Positions 11,905 to 22,900 of a stretch of DNA of 64,000 nucleotides are shown one piece after another. The notes below the pieces were generated by a model. The model saw only the letters and a program-made list of their open reading frames with translations. It did not search any database and was not told the DNA's origin. The DNA is from Guillardia theta CCMP2712 (lineage: Eukaryota > Protista > Cryptophyta), in contig NW_005434624.1 of the NCBI RefSeq assembly GCF_000315625.1, forward strand, positions 121,677-185,676, given 5' to 3'. The translations under genes and the position numbers were made by a program. Position 1 is the stretch's first letter. The number at the start of each line of letters is the position of its first letter.

Positions 11905-12075
11905 CCCTCCCCTGCTGCCCCCTGCTGCCCCCTGCTGTCCCCTGCTGTCCCCTGCTGTCCCCTACTCTGCTCTGCTCTGCCCTACTCTGCTCTGCTCTGC
12001 TCTGATCTGCCCTGCTCTGCCCTGCTCTGCCCTGCTCTGCCCTGCTCGCCCTGCTCTCCCCTGCTCCCACCTGCT
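11905..12075. repeat. Degenerate (CCCTG/CTCTG)n pentanucleotide tandem repeat
   Basis: Direct reading of the sequence. Confidence 0.85.
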
Positions 12076-14279
12076 CTCCCCTCCGCTTCCCCACCGTACC
12101 TGCGACCATGGCAAGAACAACCGCCTCCCACATCCTCAGGGGTACCTTCGATTCCCTCACCCTACCCCTTCTCAAAATGCAGAGAACCCCTACCTACCCT
12201 GTGCCCTCTTCAACGACCTACCACCCCCTTCCAGACCACCCCCCCTTTTCCTCCACCACCCTGACAAAAGTCAGGTCCGAACTCTTTATTGACTGAAAAA
12301 GAAGGGCAAACCGGAGCAAACAAAGGAGGGGGAGGATAGAACCTACAAACCCGCCTCAATAAAATACTAGGAAACGAAGGAGGCAGCGAAAACCGGCACT
12401 CCAACCATGTCCGAACTGATCCGCAAGTAACTAAACCCCCCGAAAACCTAAACCTGGTGATCTCCGAATGTCGCCGCTACGACGCTGCAAGGACATGGAG
12501 TTGCGAGTTGAGCTCGTGCAGGACCTGCAGAGGACGAGCTCATGTCGGACCACCTGAGACATCTTCCACACTATGAGACCCGCGGCAGAGGACCACGAGG
12601 GCTCGGCCCGAGAGCAGGTAGACGGCAGCTAAAAATTAGGCGGTTGGACGCAATGGCCGAACATAGGGCGGCGATCTCGCCGGATTCTCTTGGCATGGAG
12701 CAGCTGCATAAAGCGAGGGAACGGGGATCGTGTGCATGAAGAGTGTTGGGGGGAGGAGGATGAGGGAGAACGCAAGTCACATAGCTAAACACATTCTGGT
12801 CATCATTATGAGGGACAAGAGAAATCGATGGACGCTGCCATTTGATTCGAAACTTTCTTGAGCAAGCTTCACCGCACCTAACTTAGCAAAGTCTACTTGA
12901 CAACTTCCTGCCCGTGAGTTCCCACGGATGCATTTTCTGCACTGACAGTACCCAAGTGGTGGCGCTCGCATCAGCGCTGCAGAAAAGCACCTGAGCGCAT
13001 GTAACATCGAGGATCTTCAACACCCTTCGAGTGAAAACCTCCTCTGACAGATCGGAGATGATCTCGGCCCTTCATTCTTGGTTCGGCTGCAACACAAGCC
13101 TCTCAGTCCCTCTCTCCTTTTGAAGCGCATCCTCCACTCTGAAGCTACTCTACGGGGAACACGGGACGAGGACGAGGTCGTGACCTTGTGCCGTCAACGC
13201 CTTGCTCAGTCGGCTTCTCTCATTCAGTAACGCTGGTCCTCCCGTGTAGACCTTGCCGTCGGCACGAGCTGGGCCCCGAAACTTGAACGCCATGTCTCTT
13301 CAGCTGGTCTGTCGAGCGGAGGTAAAAACGTTGCGCGCACCATGAAAATGCGTTTCCTCCCCTGTGCGCAGAGGAATGAGGTTACAGAAGCACGATCTGA
13401 TGATGTCGCCTTGTGCACTCGCCTGCTGCCCATTGGTAACGGATCTGACGATTGTGCTGGTGTCCCTCCTGCCGCGCTGCTGCCTTCCAGCAATGGGAGG
13501 CAAACTTATCCAGAATCCGCTCACGCAGAGACCAGCTTATGATGATGATAAGACCCCCGAACGACTCCAGAGTATTCCCGTCACGCTTGAAAGCATCGAC
13601 TGCTATGACATTGCGCGAAAACCCCGACAGCCCTCCGAGGGTTTGCCACAGTACCCGTATAGCGGGCAAGGGCTCCTCGATCATGAAATACATTCCACAT
13701 ACCGCCATAGTATTCCGATCGAGCCAGCTTGGATTGTGACTGGTGGACAAAGTCTGCACCAGTCGCTCTGTCATGTACATGTCGGAATCCGTTGGCATCA
13801 GTGTGATGATGGTTTCTTGGCTGAATCCCCGACGGGAGGGTTGCACTCTCAGGCATTCAGAGGAGCGAACCCTCTTCAGAGCTGCTTCTGCGACATCCCA
13901 TCATGTGCTGCGAGCTGAAAGATACAGTAGAGAGTTGAGTCTTTCAAACAAAGCTTGCACTGTCGTACTGTCTTAAATCAAGATACCGGCAGCGGCTCAT
14001 CGGAACAGAGATCAATGCGTCCGGTCGCTGATCGACTCTTCAAGGAGCCCATGTCCATGCCTCTGAATATAGCTCAAATGAACCCTGTTTCTACGTCGAA
14101 GATAAAACACACGATGGATGAGCTCTGTGACTCATTATTCACCTCCTCCCGTCGGACCACAACGGTCTCGCGATCTCCTAGACTACTTACCCATCAATGC
14201 CTCCTTTCGCCCATCTGGCATCGGTGGGCATCCAACGTGGCAGTACACTCAGCCGATGTCACTCGACGGAATCCTGGCT

Positions 14280-15100
14280 GAGCCGCAAGTATCCCCGGGA
14301 TGACCGAGTCGGCGGGCCGGCCTAGTAAGTGACCGTCACTACACGGTCCACGCCGGGTACCGGCTGTGACATTCCAGCCGATAGTATCAACCGAACCGTG
14401 TTGAACACTGGCAGTGACACTGTCACAGGCTTGTCGACGGTCTACCGTACACTGACAGCGGTCACTACTAAGCGGCGGCACTGCGGCATGCCTGCGGGCA
14501 CTGAAGCAGCTCGGCCGGCCCGCGCCGCCGGCTCGTACCGTCGTGACGGTCGGCGGGTCGAAGCGGCTATGTCGGATCAGCCGGCCCGGGCGGGCCCGCT
14601 GGGCCCCCCGCGCTGGGCCCGCCCCCACTGTGGCCGGCCGGGCCGCCGCCCGGCCCACTGGTAGTACCCGGTAGTACGGCGCCGCCCCGCCCGCGGGCCC
14701 CCCCGGGCCATCCGGCGATCCCGGGCGGCGGGGGCCCGCCGCCGCGGGGCCGTGCGGGCCGCCGGGGCATCGGGGGGGGGCGGCGGGCTCCGCCTCGGCA
14801 GTCACGGGCCGCCCGGCGGCCCGGGGCCGGCGGGAGTCGGGCCGCCCGGCCCCGGTGACCCGGCCGGGTCGGCCCCCCGGATGATGATGGGCCCGGGCCC
14901 GCGGCATGCTACGGCAGTGACTCAGTCAAACGGTCAGTGCCGTCCGAGCTGACTCGATATTGAAAGTCCCGTTGCTATCTCCGACCACTTTGCTAAGTTG
15001 GCATCACTAGCCACTAGCCAACTTGATCACAGCGGCTATCGGCCTGTGATACGCCGCCGGTCAGAGTCCGGCGATCCGGCGTCGCCGCGGCGTTGTGGCA
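14280..15100. other. Very GC-rich CCGG/GGCC low-complexity island
   Basis: Dense ccgg, ggcc, gggccc, cagtgac/gtcac and gagtc words; no credible protein. Confidence 0.7.
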
Positions 15101-15139
15101 GTTATTCATGTGTAACTGTCATGACTTTTGATCAACAGG

Positions 15140-15900
15140 ACCCACCCTCAAGTTTGCTACACTATGACAAGTTATATACTTGTCCTCTACCCCCTACATC
15201 CCTATGTTATGTACCCCCGCACCCTACTTTCCCAACCCTCCCCACCCCCCAACCCCATCGATAATGATGAGACGTCACTTGTACAACCCCTTCTATCACC
15301 CCACCCATCTTTCCCCTTCAGTCCCTCCCTCACCCTAGTGACCACCCGTAGGTAGATTGAGTAGATGACAGAGTACCGGGTCTTCTCTCAACCATGAATA
15401 GTCATAAGTACGGGTACTTCCCTGCTCATAGAGGTGTGAGAGGGTCATTCACTGAAATGAAGCTTTGATTGAAACGGATGGTAGGGTGCTCTTCACAAGG
15501 GGGGGTGATAAACCCGATCTCACCACCAGGGGGGTAGGATAGCAGGATGAAAATGTTTTAGGGGGTACTGAGAAGCATGAAGGTAGGGGTAGGGTACCTA
15601 CTTTGTATCTGAGATAGGGTAGGTGTTGAAGGGACTCAAGAAGGGTAGGGTATGGATTTCAAGGGGGTACTACAATTCAGTCACATACCACCCCAAGTAT
15701 TTTCGACAAAATGGGGGGTAGCGCTTGGGCAAGGGTCGGGGTAGTACGATTGATGGGGTACAGGTAGTCCTTGCTATATGTAAGGGTGGGTACTCTAAAG
15801 TACAAATCAACGAATTACAAGGGGTAGACGTTTCACGAAGGGGGTAGGGACGAGTTATGACGAGATTCGGGGGGTTAATTAGGGGAGGGGGGGGGAGTAC
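15140..15900. promoter_or_regulatory. ACCCC-to-GGGGTA switching field upstream of the plastid-protein gene
   Basis: C-rich 15140-15350, then G-rich GGGGTA/GTAC up to the ATG at 15917. Confidence 0.45.
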
Positions 15901-15916
15901 CTGTCGACCCCCCGCC

Positions 15917-17171
15917 ATGGCACGCCGAGCGGCTGTTGCGTCTGCGCTCCTCCTCCTCGCCCCCGCCACCGAGGCCTTCGCCCCCTCTGCGGGCGTTGCT
16001 GCTCGTCTCGGCCTCAGGAGCAATGCTGCTGTTAGCCGCAGAGCCACCGTCGTTGCCCCCCGTATGGCCATGGACGTGAACCACATTGCTGAGAGTGCCC
16101 AGTCCCTCCTGGCTGCTGTGCCCAACGTTCCCTTCGTCGACGAGGTTACTGGCGAGGCCCAGGGCTTCACTGCTCCCAAGAACCACTTCGCCTCGGTGAG
16201 CTGACGTTTTTTGATGTCTCATGACCTGGTTGGGGTTTGGGTGTGGTGCAACACGTCACTACTCAATGCCAGTTGATCACAAAGATCTGATAATATCCTT
16301 ACCGAGATTATCATCAAGACTGATTTTCAGCGCTCTAACCTCTGATTCATTAGGTGATTGGTCTCTGGGCTCTCTTTGCCCTTCCCGTCTGGTCTGCTGC
16401 CTACAAGCAGGCTGGATGTGACACCCCTTCCTGGTTCGGTGTCTCCCAGGTTTCCGAGGATGCCCCTGGAATTGGCCTCGTCGCCAAGGCTGCCCCTGTT
16501 TACGATGGTCCTTCCTTCCGTGAGGTGATTTGAACATTTTGATCGCTGATGCTATCTTCGGCCTACTGCATCTGATGACGTGTTTGTCTTTGAGAAAAAC
16601 GTGTAATCTGAGCTGCAGGGACTCGAGTATGTCCTTTCCTTCTTGTGGAAGCCCCCTATCCTCATCGCCTGGAGACCCCGTGCCGATCTTGACCGTGAGA
16701 ACATGGACCCGGCCCGTGACACCGTTGTCTCCTCCCTCTACAAGTCCCTCGGTGGAGCCCTCGATAAGACTGCTATCTACGATGAGGAGGACCAGCTCCT
16801 TATTCTTTCTGACATGTGAGTTGCATTGCTATTCTATTGTTCTGCTTCCTTTCCTTGGCCTCTTTCCTGCCCCATCCTGCTCCGATCTTCTCATGATTCT
16901 GATCCTGTCCATCAGCGAGGAGTTCCCCTCTACTCCTCTCGGTGAGCGCCGCTTCGCTATCGCCGAGGCGGCTGGCTGGATGACTGGCAACCCCTCCTTT
17001 GGCAAGGTGATCACATTGCAGCGTTACTTCGAGAGCGTTGCTAACTGACGTCTGCAGTCCCTCATCGAATTCTCCGAGGAGACCAGGAAGGGCAAGAAGC
17101 AGGCCGGCACTGTTACCATCTCTGCTGAGGAGCTCCAGAGACTTCGTGCTGAGGCTGCCAAGATGAAGTAA
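15917..17171 (+). CDS. Nucleus-encoded plastid membrane protein (~280 aa, 5 exons); candidate cryptophyte photosystem-antenna linker (CCPII-S/Psb-gamma/CAL-II-like)
   Basis: Signal peptide ending TEA-FAP plus a Ser/Ala/Arg transit peptide; hydrophobic segments NHFASVIGLWALFALPVWSAAY and GLEYVLSFLWKPPILIAW; strong high-expression codon bias; GT-AG introns keep frame to AAKMK*. The family name is from recollection and is unverified. Confidence 0.7.
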
Positions 17172-17322
17172 ATGATCTAGATATATTATTGAGGCATATG
17201 CTGTCAGAATTGTGAAAATAAAATGAAATTCTGTGTTGAGCATAAGCTTTGTGTGGGGTGTGGTGATCTGAAGGAACAGGTAATGGCTCATTTACATTAC
17301 ATAAAGTTACATGTTAATGCTG

Positions 17323-18893
17323 TTATCTGTAGGCTGCGGTCTCCTTCTGTTTGAAACTTTCCACTTCCAGCTTGTTCTTCTGGCAGTACTTCTGCAGTTC
17401 CTCCAGCCGCAATCTGTGCGATGTTAACCTCTTCATGTCTCACCAAGGTATGATAACCTGAGTGACGACATTGGTTCCCATACCCCGATCTGACACCGAA
17501 GTCAGGATTTGTTGCGAGCTGAGAAAAATTCTTACCTGTGTGTCGACAATCATTCCAGAGCAGAAGCTGAAGAAGTCAGTCTTGTCCGATTGCTTCACCA
17601 TCTTCTGTTCCATCGCCTGCACGGCAAGTAAGGCAAGAGCTCAATGCTGGACATGAAATGGTCATGGGAAAACCTTGCATCGCGACATCGCCTTCTCGAT
17701 GTCAGACTTGAGGGAGCGGACACTTTCTTTGAGCGCAATGACCTGGTCGAGCTCCCTAAGGAGCAGCAGAAGGTATTAGTCGCTGCCATATCAGCAGTGA
17801 GAGGAGGTCAGACTCACGATGTGTGAACGCCCTGCTCGTTCGAGTTCCTTCCCTTCACGAAGACGTTTCTTCTTCTCTGTGGAGACTTTGCCTCCGTCCT
17901 CGCCTCCGGGTTCCCGATCTTCAACCTCGTCGCGTCAGTTGCTGTCTTTGGCCGCACGAGCCTCGCCGGGCTGAACTTGGACTGCCTGGCGCGAGGACGA
18001 GGCTCCTCCGTCCTCAAGGCGCTCGACGAATTGAGCGACCTCTGCGACCTCGGGGAGACTACGGCGAGGGTGACGATGGGTATGCTCTCAGTCCCCTTGA
18101 GGGAGGGTTTCCGACGGTTCAGTGCCCTCCACATGCTTGCCCTGACATGTCCGAGTAGCACAGCATCCGACGCCGTCTTAGGACGAGCAGGCTTTAGTCT
18201 GTCTGAGCTCAACCCTCTCCAGGAGTCAGGGCTTCTGGGGTTGAAATCTTCGCTCCTCCTGCGAACAGAAGTTCAGTGAGTAGCTGGGAACGAGGTCGGA
18301 AGACGGGACCTCGGCTGGGCCGACCAGATCCTCTTGGGTTGTCCCCTCTGAGATACGTACAAGTTGTCTGGGAAGGGAGTGGGATAAGAAGGAAGGGGAA
18401 AGCTCATTGCAGACGACCTTTATTTCCCTTGAGGGTTCCTTCTTGAGCGATGACCAATTGTGGGCTGTCCTTGGACCTGCACAGCTCATGCCCATCACTT
18501 TGACATGGCAACACGCAGTTGTTCCTTTCGATCCTTCACGTCATCCTCTTCCTCCCTACAAATTTCCCGCTTCTCCCTGTTCCTGCCCTCGCCCTCTCAT
18601 GCATTCAACTTTTCTCCCTCGTCTCCTCTCACTTTCTCACTGCCTCTTCCTCCTGCTCTTGTTCTTACCTGGCGATAATCTGGTCGGCGGCGGCTCTGAT
18701 CTCAGCAAGAGCAGATTGTCCGCGCTTTGTTGTGATCTGAAGAGAGCGATCAGGGTTGAAGTCTCGCTGACTTCCTCCATCATATACCTGCATCAGCACC
18801 GCGCTGATGGGGATCGATGGGACAAAACTGACCTCACTCGTACAGATACCTGGGCATTTCAGAAGCGAGTCAGACATGGAGTCTCGACCCATT
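17323..18893 (-). CDS. Hypothetical multi-exon protein (basic/coiled-coil, RPKTA repeats)
   Basis: Chain of short ORFs separated by GT-AG-like introns ending ..LEELQKYCQKNKLEVESFKQKETAAYR*; no recognisable domain. Confidence 0.4.
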
Positions 18894-18966
18894 CCTGCGA
18901 TTTCGAGGTATCTACTTATCCCTCCTAGAGTCAATATCTGCATCTCTCCTTCCTTCCTTCTTATAA

Positions 18967-19100
18967 TTCAGTCAGTCAGTCAGTCAGTCAGTCAGTCAGT
19001 CAGTCAGTCAGTCAGTCAGTCAGTCAGTCAGTCAGTCAGTCAGTCAGTCAGTCAGTCAGTCAGTCAGGCAGTCAGGCAGTCAGTCAGTCAAACAGTCAGT
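18967..19100. repeat. (TCAG)n microsatellite
   Basis: Direct reading of the sequence. Confidence 0.95.
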
Positions 19101-19554
19101 CGGATTCTGCATTTCTCCCGCCCACCCTACCCTTTCCTAGTGTTTACTTTCCTTTTAAAACCATTTTTTCTCCAAGGAGGCACGACAATAAGGGGGTAGG
19201 GGTTGTTTGATATGAGGGGTACTTGCAGAGTTCCACAGGTCAATTAGGGGGGTCAGCTGCCGGTACGAATGTGTCAATTTTCATAGCCTCCGGTGGGGTG
19301 GTATTATAGTGACTACTTATATAAACCATGATGGGGGTGGCACAAGAAAAGATAAAAGGTTTTCAAGGAAAATTTAAAACTTTAAAATATAATTTATCTT
19401 TACTCACTTAGATAATACTGTAGGTCACATTTGATTCGGTAGCAAATTGAGTACCATTATTGAACAGTCAAATGTTCCTCATGGTACTGAATTCCGAAGG
19501 CTAAAATGAAGCAGGTCAAGTCTACCTTGTCAACGGTCGGATCAAATCTTGAAA

Positions 19555-19985
19555 GTCACCGTACCATCCGATCACGGTACGGTAGTCCGGCCGCCCGGCG
19601 GGCCCGAACTCACTGGGCCAGGCCCGCCGCCGTCGGCCCGGGGCTGCTACTGAGTTCCGAGCGAGATCGAGTCATCCACTCAGGGAAACTTGATCAGGAT
19701 CCGAATGCGGAGGCTTTCACTGTCCGCCGCCCTCACTTGAAGTTCAGTGGCCCTTCCGGCCCCAGCAATGATGATCGGCGGGCGGCAGCCAGGCTCAGCC
19801 ACGGTGTTGTATGTGGTAATACTACTATTACACGGCAGTCACTGAATGATTGGTGCGGCGCCCGGCCGCCACCCGCCCCGTCCCGGCCCGGGTGGCCGGG
19901 CCGCCGGGCCCCGGGGGTCGGCGAGTCACTCGGCGCGGGGGACTGAGGCGGAACGCACCGTCACCCGTGACCGTCTGCCTCGGCT
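19555..19985. other. GC-rich CCGG/GGCC island
   Basis: Same word composition as 14280-15100; abuts the LysM gene stop codon. Confidence 0.65.
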
Positions 19986-19989
19986 AAAG

Positions 19990-22900
19990 TTACATGGAGC
20001 AGGGGATAAGGCAGACGTCCTGCCCCTCCTTGAGCATGTCGACGTTTTGAAAGTCCGGGTTCAAGTTCAAGATGCTCTGACGGATCTTCGCGTCAGGCCC
20101 AGCAGGGTGGCCGAAGGCGAGGAGCTAGCTCACCTTGGTTGTTGTCTGAAACCTCGCAGCGACGCTGAAGATCGACTCTCCCTCCTTGAGCTGACAGGCA
20201 CATGTTAGCCGAGCACATGGAAGGTAAGGCTGAGCGAGAGTTGGAGATGAGGGAAAGAAGGGAGCGAAGGAGGGAGAAGAAGAGGAGGAGGACTAGGCCA
20301 CAGATGAGCGCGAGGGTCCAGCAACGAGTCAGGTGGCGGATCACCTGATAGATCGGTCCGATGTTGAGCAGAGCTTGCAGCCCTTGAGTCGAGAGGACAT
20401 CAGGATCTTCAAGAGACTGTCGCACGTCAAAAGTGAGTCGTTTTCCTCAACCTCCTGTGCCTCGTCCTTTGCTCTTCTCTCACTTCCTCCTTCTTTCCAC
20501 TCCTTGCCCTCCTCCTCCTCCTCCTTCTCCTTTTCCTCCTCCTCCTGCAAAGAGGACCGTTGTTAGCTCGTCGTTGTCGTCTATTGCGTTGGCTGCAAAC
20601 AGTCGGAGCCAGTTCGTTTCAGCTGAGAACCTCTTCATCTGCAATGGCAGGATCGTCAAGATCGAGGAGGAGAGTTCAAGTGCGAGGAGGAGGAGGAGGA
20701 GGAGGAGGAGGAGGTGGTGGTGGTGGTGGAGGAGGAGGAGGTGGTGGTGCTGGAGGAGGAGGAGGAGGAGGAGGAGGAGGAGAAGGAGGAGGAGGAGGAG
20801 GGGGCACCTGGAGGAGCATAGTCTCGTGTTCGCTGGTACAGTACTTGCACTTCCTGACCTGTGGAGAATGTAACCGTCTCAAGTCTCCAGCATGGCATGT
20901 CGACCTTGATGTCCAGGCACTGGTACGATGAGTACTGCATGCCGGCTATGTCCCTGACAGCCCCTCCCCGCATCCCGTACCCTCTTGCTGATCCTACAAG
21001 GCAGACGCGGAAGGTTGAACCCTCTTGACCTCTGACGGGCCCGAAGGTCAGCTCAGACACGCTTGTCACGCCTACTTGGAGCGCCGACAGGGCCCACTGA
21101 GGAGAGAGCTGCGTGTCCGGGGACAGCGCTATGACGGATGTGTAGTTCCCCCCGGACAAGGTGAAAGTCCAGGAGCTCTTGCAACCCACGTGCGCAAAGT
21201 ACGGAGTCCCCAGCTCAGTACCAGCAAGGGGCGGCAGCCATTGGAGGGAGGAGGGGACGACGTCGAGGTCGATGCAGTAGGGCAGGCTGTAGTAGCCTGC
21301 TGACGTGGCGAGCGGGGACTCAGGGCTGAAGAGGAAGTTGAGATGCTGGGAGCACATGGTGGAATCGTCTCGGGCGACGAAGCAAACGCTTGAGACCGCA
21401 GTCAGCGTCTCCTCCCCTTCGAGCCCTCCAGCCCTACCGGATTCTCTTTCCCGCTTCCTCCTCGGCTGGTGTCCACTGCGAAGATTGAGTCGGGCATAAT
21501 GATGAGGAGGAGAGAAGAAGGAGCGAAGGAGGAGAGAAGGAGGAGAGAAGAAGGAGAGATGGAGAAGGGAAGGAGGAGGGAGGGAGAAGGGAAGGAGGAT
21601 TGCTCCGATTGAGTCGAGGGATTTGCAGAAGGAGGAAGAGAGGCAGGAAGAGAATTTTCACCTGCAATCTTCTGAAGCCCTCAGAGCACTGCGAGTCCAT
21701 GAGCTGGTTGTTGAGACGGTTGTTTGGCACGTTGATATGTGGGACGCACTGAAGAGGATCGATGCGCAGGTCTGGCAGCCCGGGGTCCTCTAGCGATAGG
21801 ATGGAGACGACATTCTGGACGTAGCAGCGTGAGGGAGGAGGAGGCAGGTGCTGGGAAGGAGCTTACCTCAGGGTTTGGATCCCTTGCCCGGATGGTGAGA
21901 TTGAGATCCTAAATGGCGGTCGGTGATCAGAACTCACAGCCAGGAAGGTGAAAGAGTGAGTGAGTGAGTGAGTGAGTGAGTGAGTGAGTGAGTGAGTGAG
22001 TGAGTGAGTGAGTGAGTGAGTGAGTGAGTGAGTGAGTGAGTGAGTGAGTGAGTGAGTGAGTGAGTGAGTGAGTGAGTGAGGGAGGGAGGGAGGGAGGGAG
22101 GGAGGGGAGGGAGGGGAGGGAGGGGANNNNNNNNNNNNNNNNNNNNNNNNNNNNNNNNNNNNNNNNNNNNNNNNNNNNNNNNNNNNNNNNNNNNNNNNNN
22201 NNNNNNNNNNNNNNNNNNNNNNNNNNGGAGGGAGGGAGGGAGTGTGGTGGTGGAGGAAGAGGATAAGGGTACCTGGTTGTCTGTTGCAATGAAGCAGACC
22301 TGCTTGTCGCTGGTGAAGAGCACTGACTGCCGGTCCCCGCCTTGCACAAACGTCATCGGAGCCGTTCCGTTGGTGTTGCCGAAGGTGACAGTCACGTTGA
22401 GGAAGAGAGAAGCTACTGAGCAGTGCGGGTTTTGCTGGTACAAGTCTGTAGAGTAGCAGGCTCCCTGCAAGTATCTTGTGCTGGTGGATTTGCTGACGAA
22501 CGCCGGATCCAGCAAGAAGATGCTCGAGTACTGGGGCTGCTCCAGGAAGTTCATTGTAACCGTGTCACCGTAGTCATCGTCGACTGCTGTGAAGAGGAAG
22601 TTGGTGGTGGCTGCTCCTTGCGCGTACTGGAAGGCAGTCATGAAGTGCAGGAGGAGGGAGTGGTAACAGCGCATGCAAGGACGACGAGGAGATCGGACAG
22701 GAACGACAAGGAGGAGAGGAGGAAGAGCAGGCTCAGGAGGACCTGGGAAGGCCATCCGTTCGCCTCAGGCCTGCCGGGCGAGTTGTCTGGATGTCTTGTT
22801 AGCTGCTTCCAGCACGCGGGCAAGTTGACGCAGTCGCTGCTGAAGTCGATGTTGGGGACGTTGCTCTGAAAGCTCTCGTTGGAGAAGAAGGAGAACAACT

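Noticed and set aside
14194-14952. Pro/Gly/Arg/Ala-rich ORFs in the GC island (also 19506-19946, 55942-56405)
   Set aside because: Stop-poor because of extreme GC content; low complexity on all frames.
15917-17171. Initial guess of a light-harvesting complex (LHC) gene
   Set aside because: Lacks the LHC helix motifs (ExxHxR/ExxNxR) and the three-helix layout.
20433-20931. Poly-Gly/Pro/Arg ORFs
   Set aside because: Translations of an intronic (GGA/GGT)n tract.
21953-22226. (GAGT)n/(GGGA)n next to Ns as a telomere-like end
   Set aside because: Intronic microsatellite; coding exons of the same gene continue on both sides of the gap.
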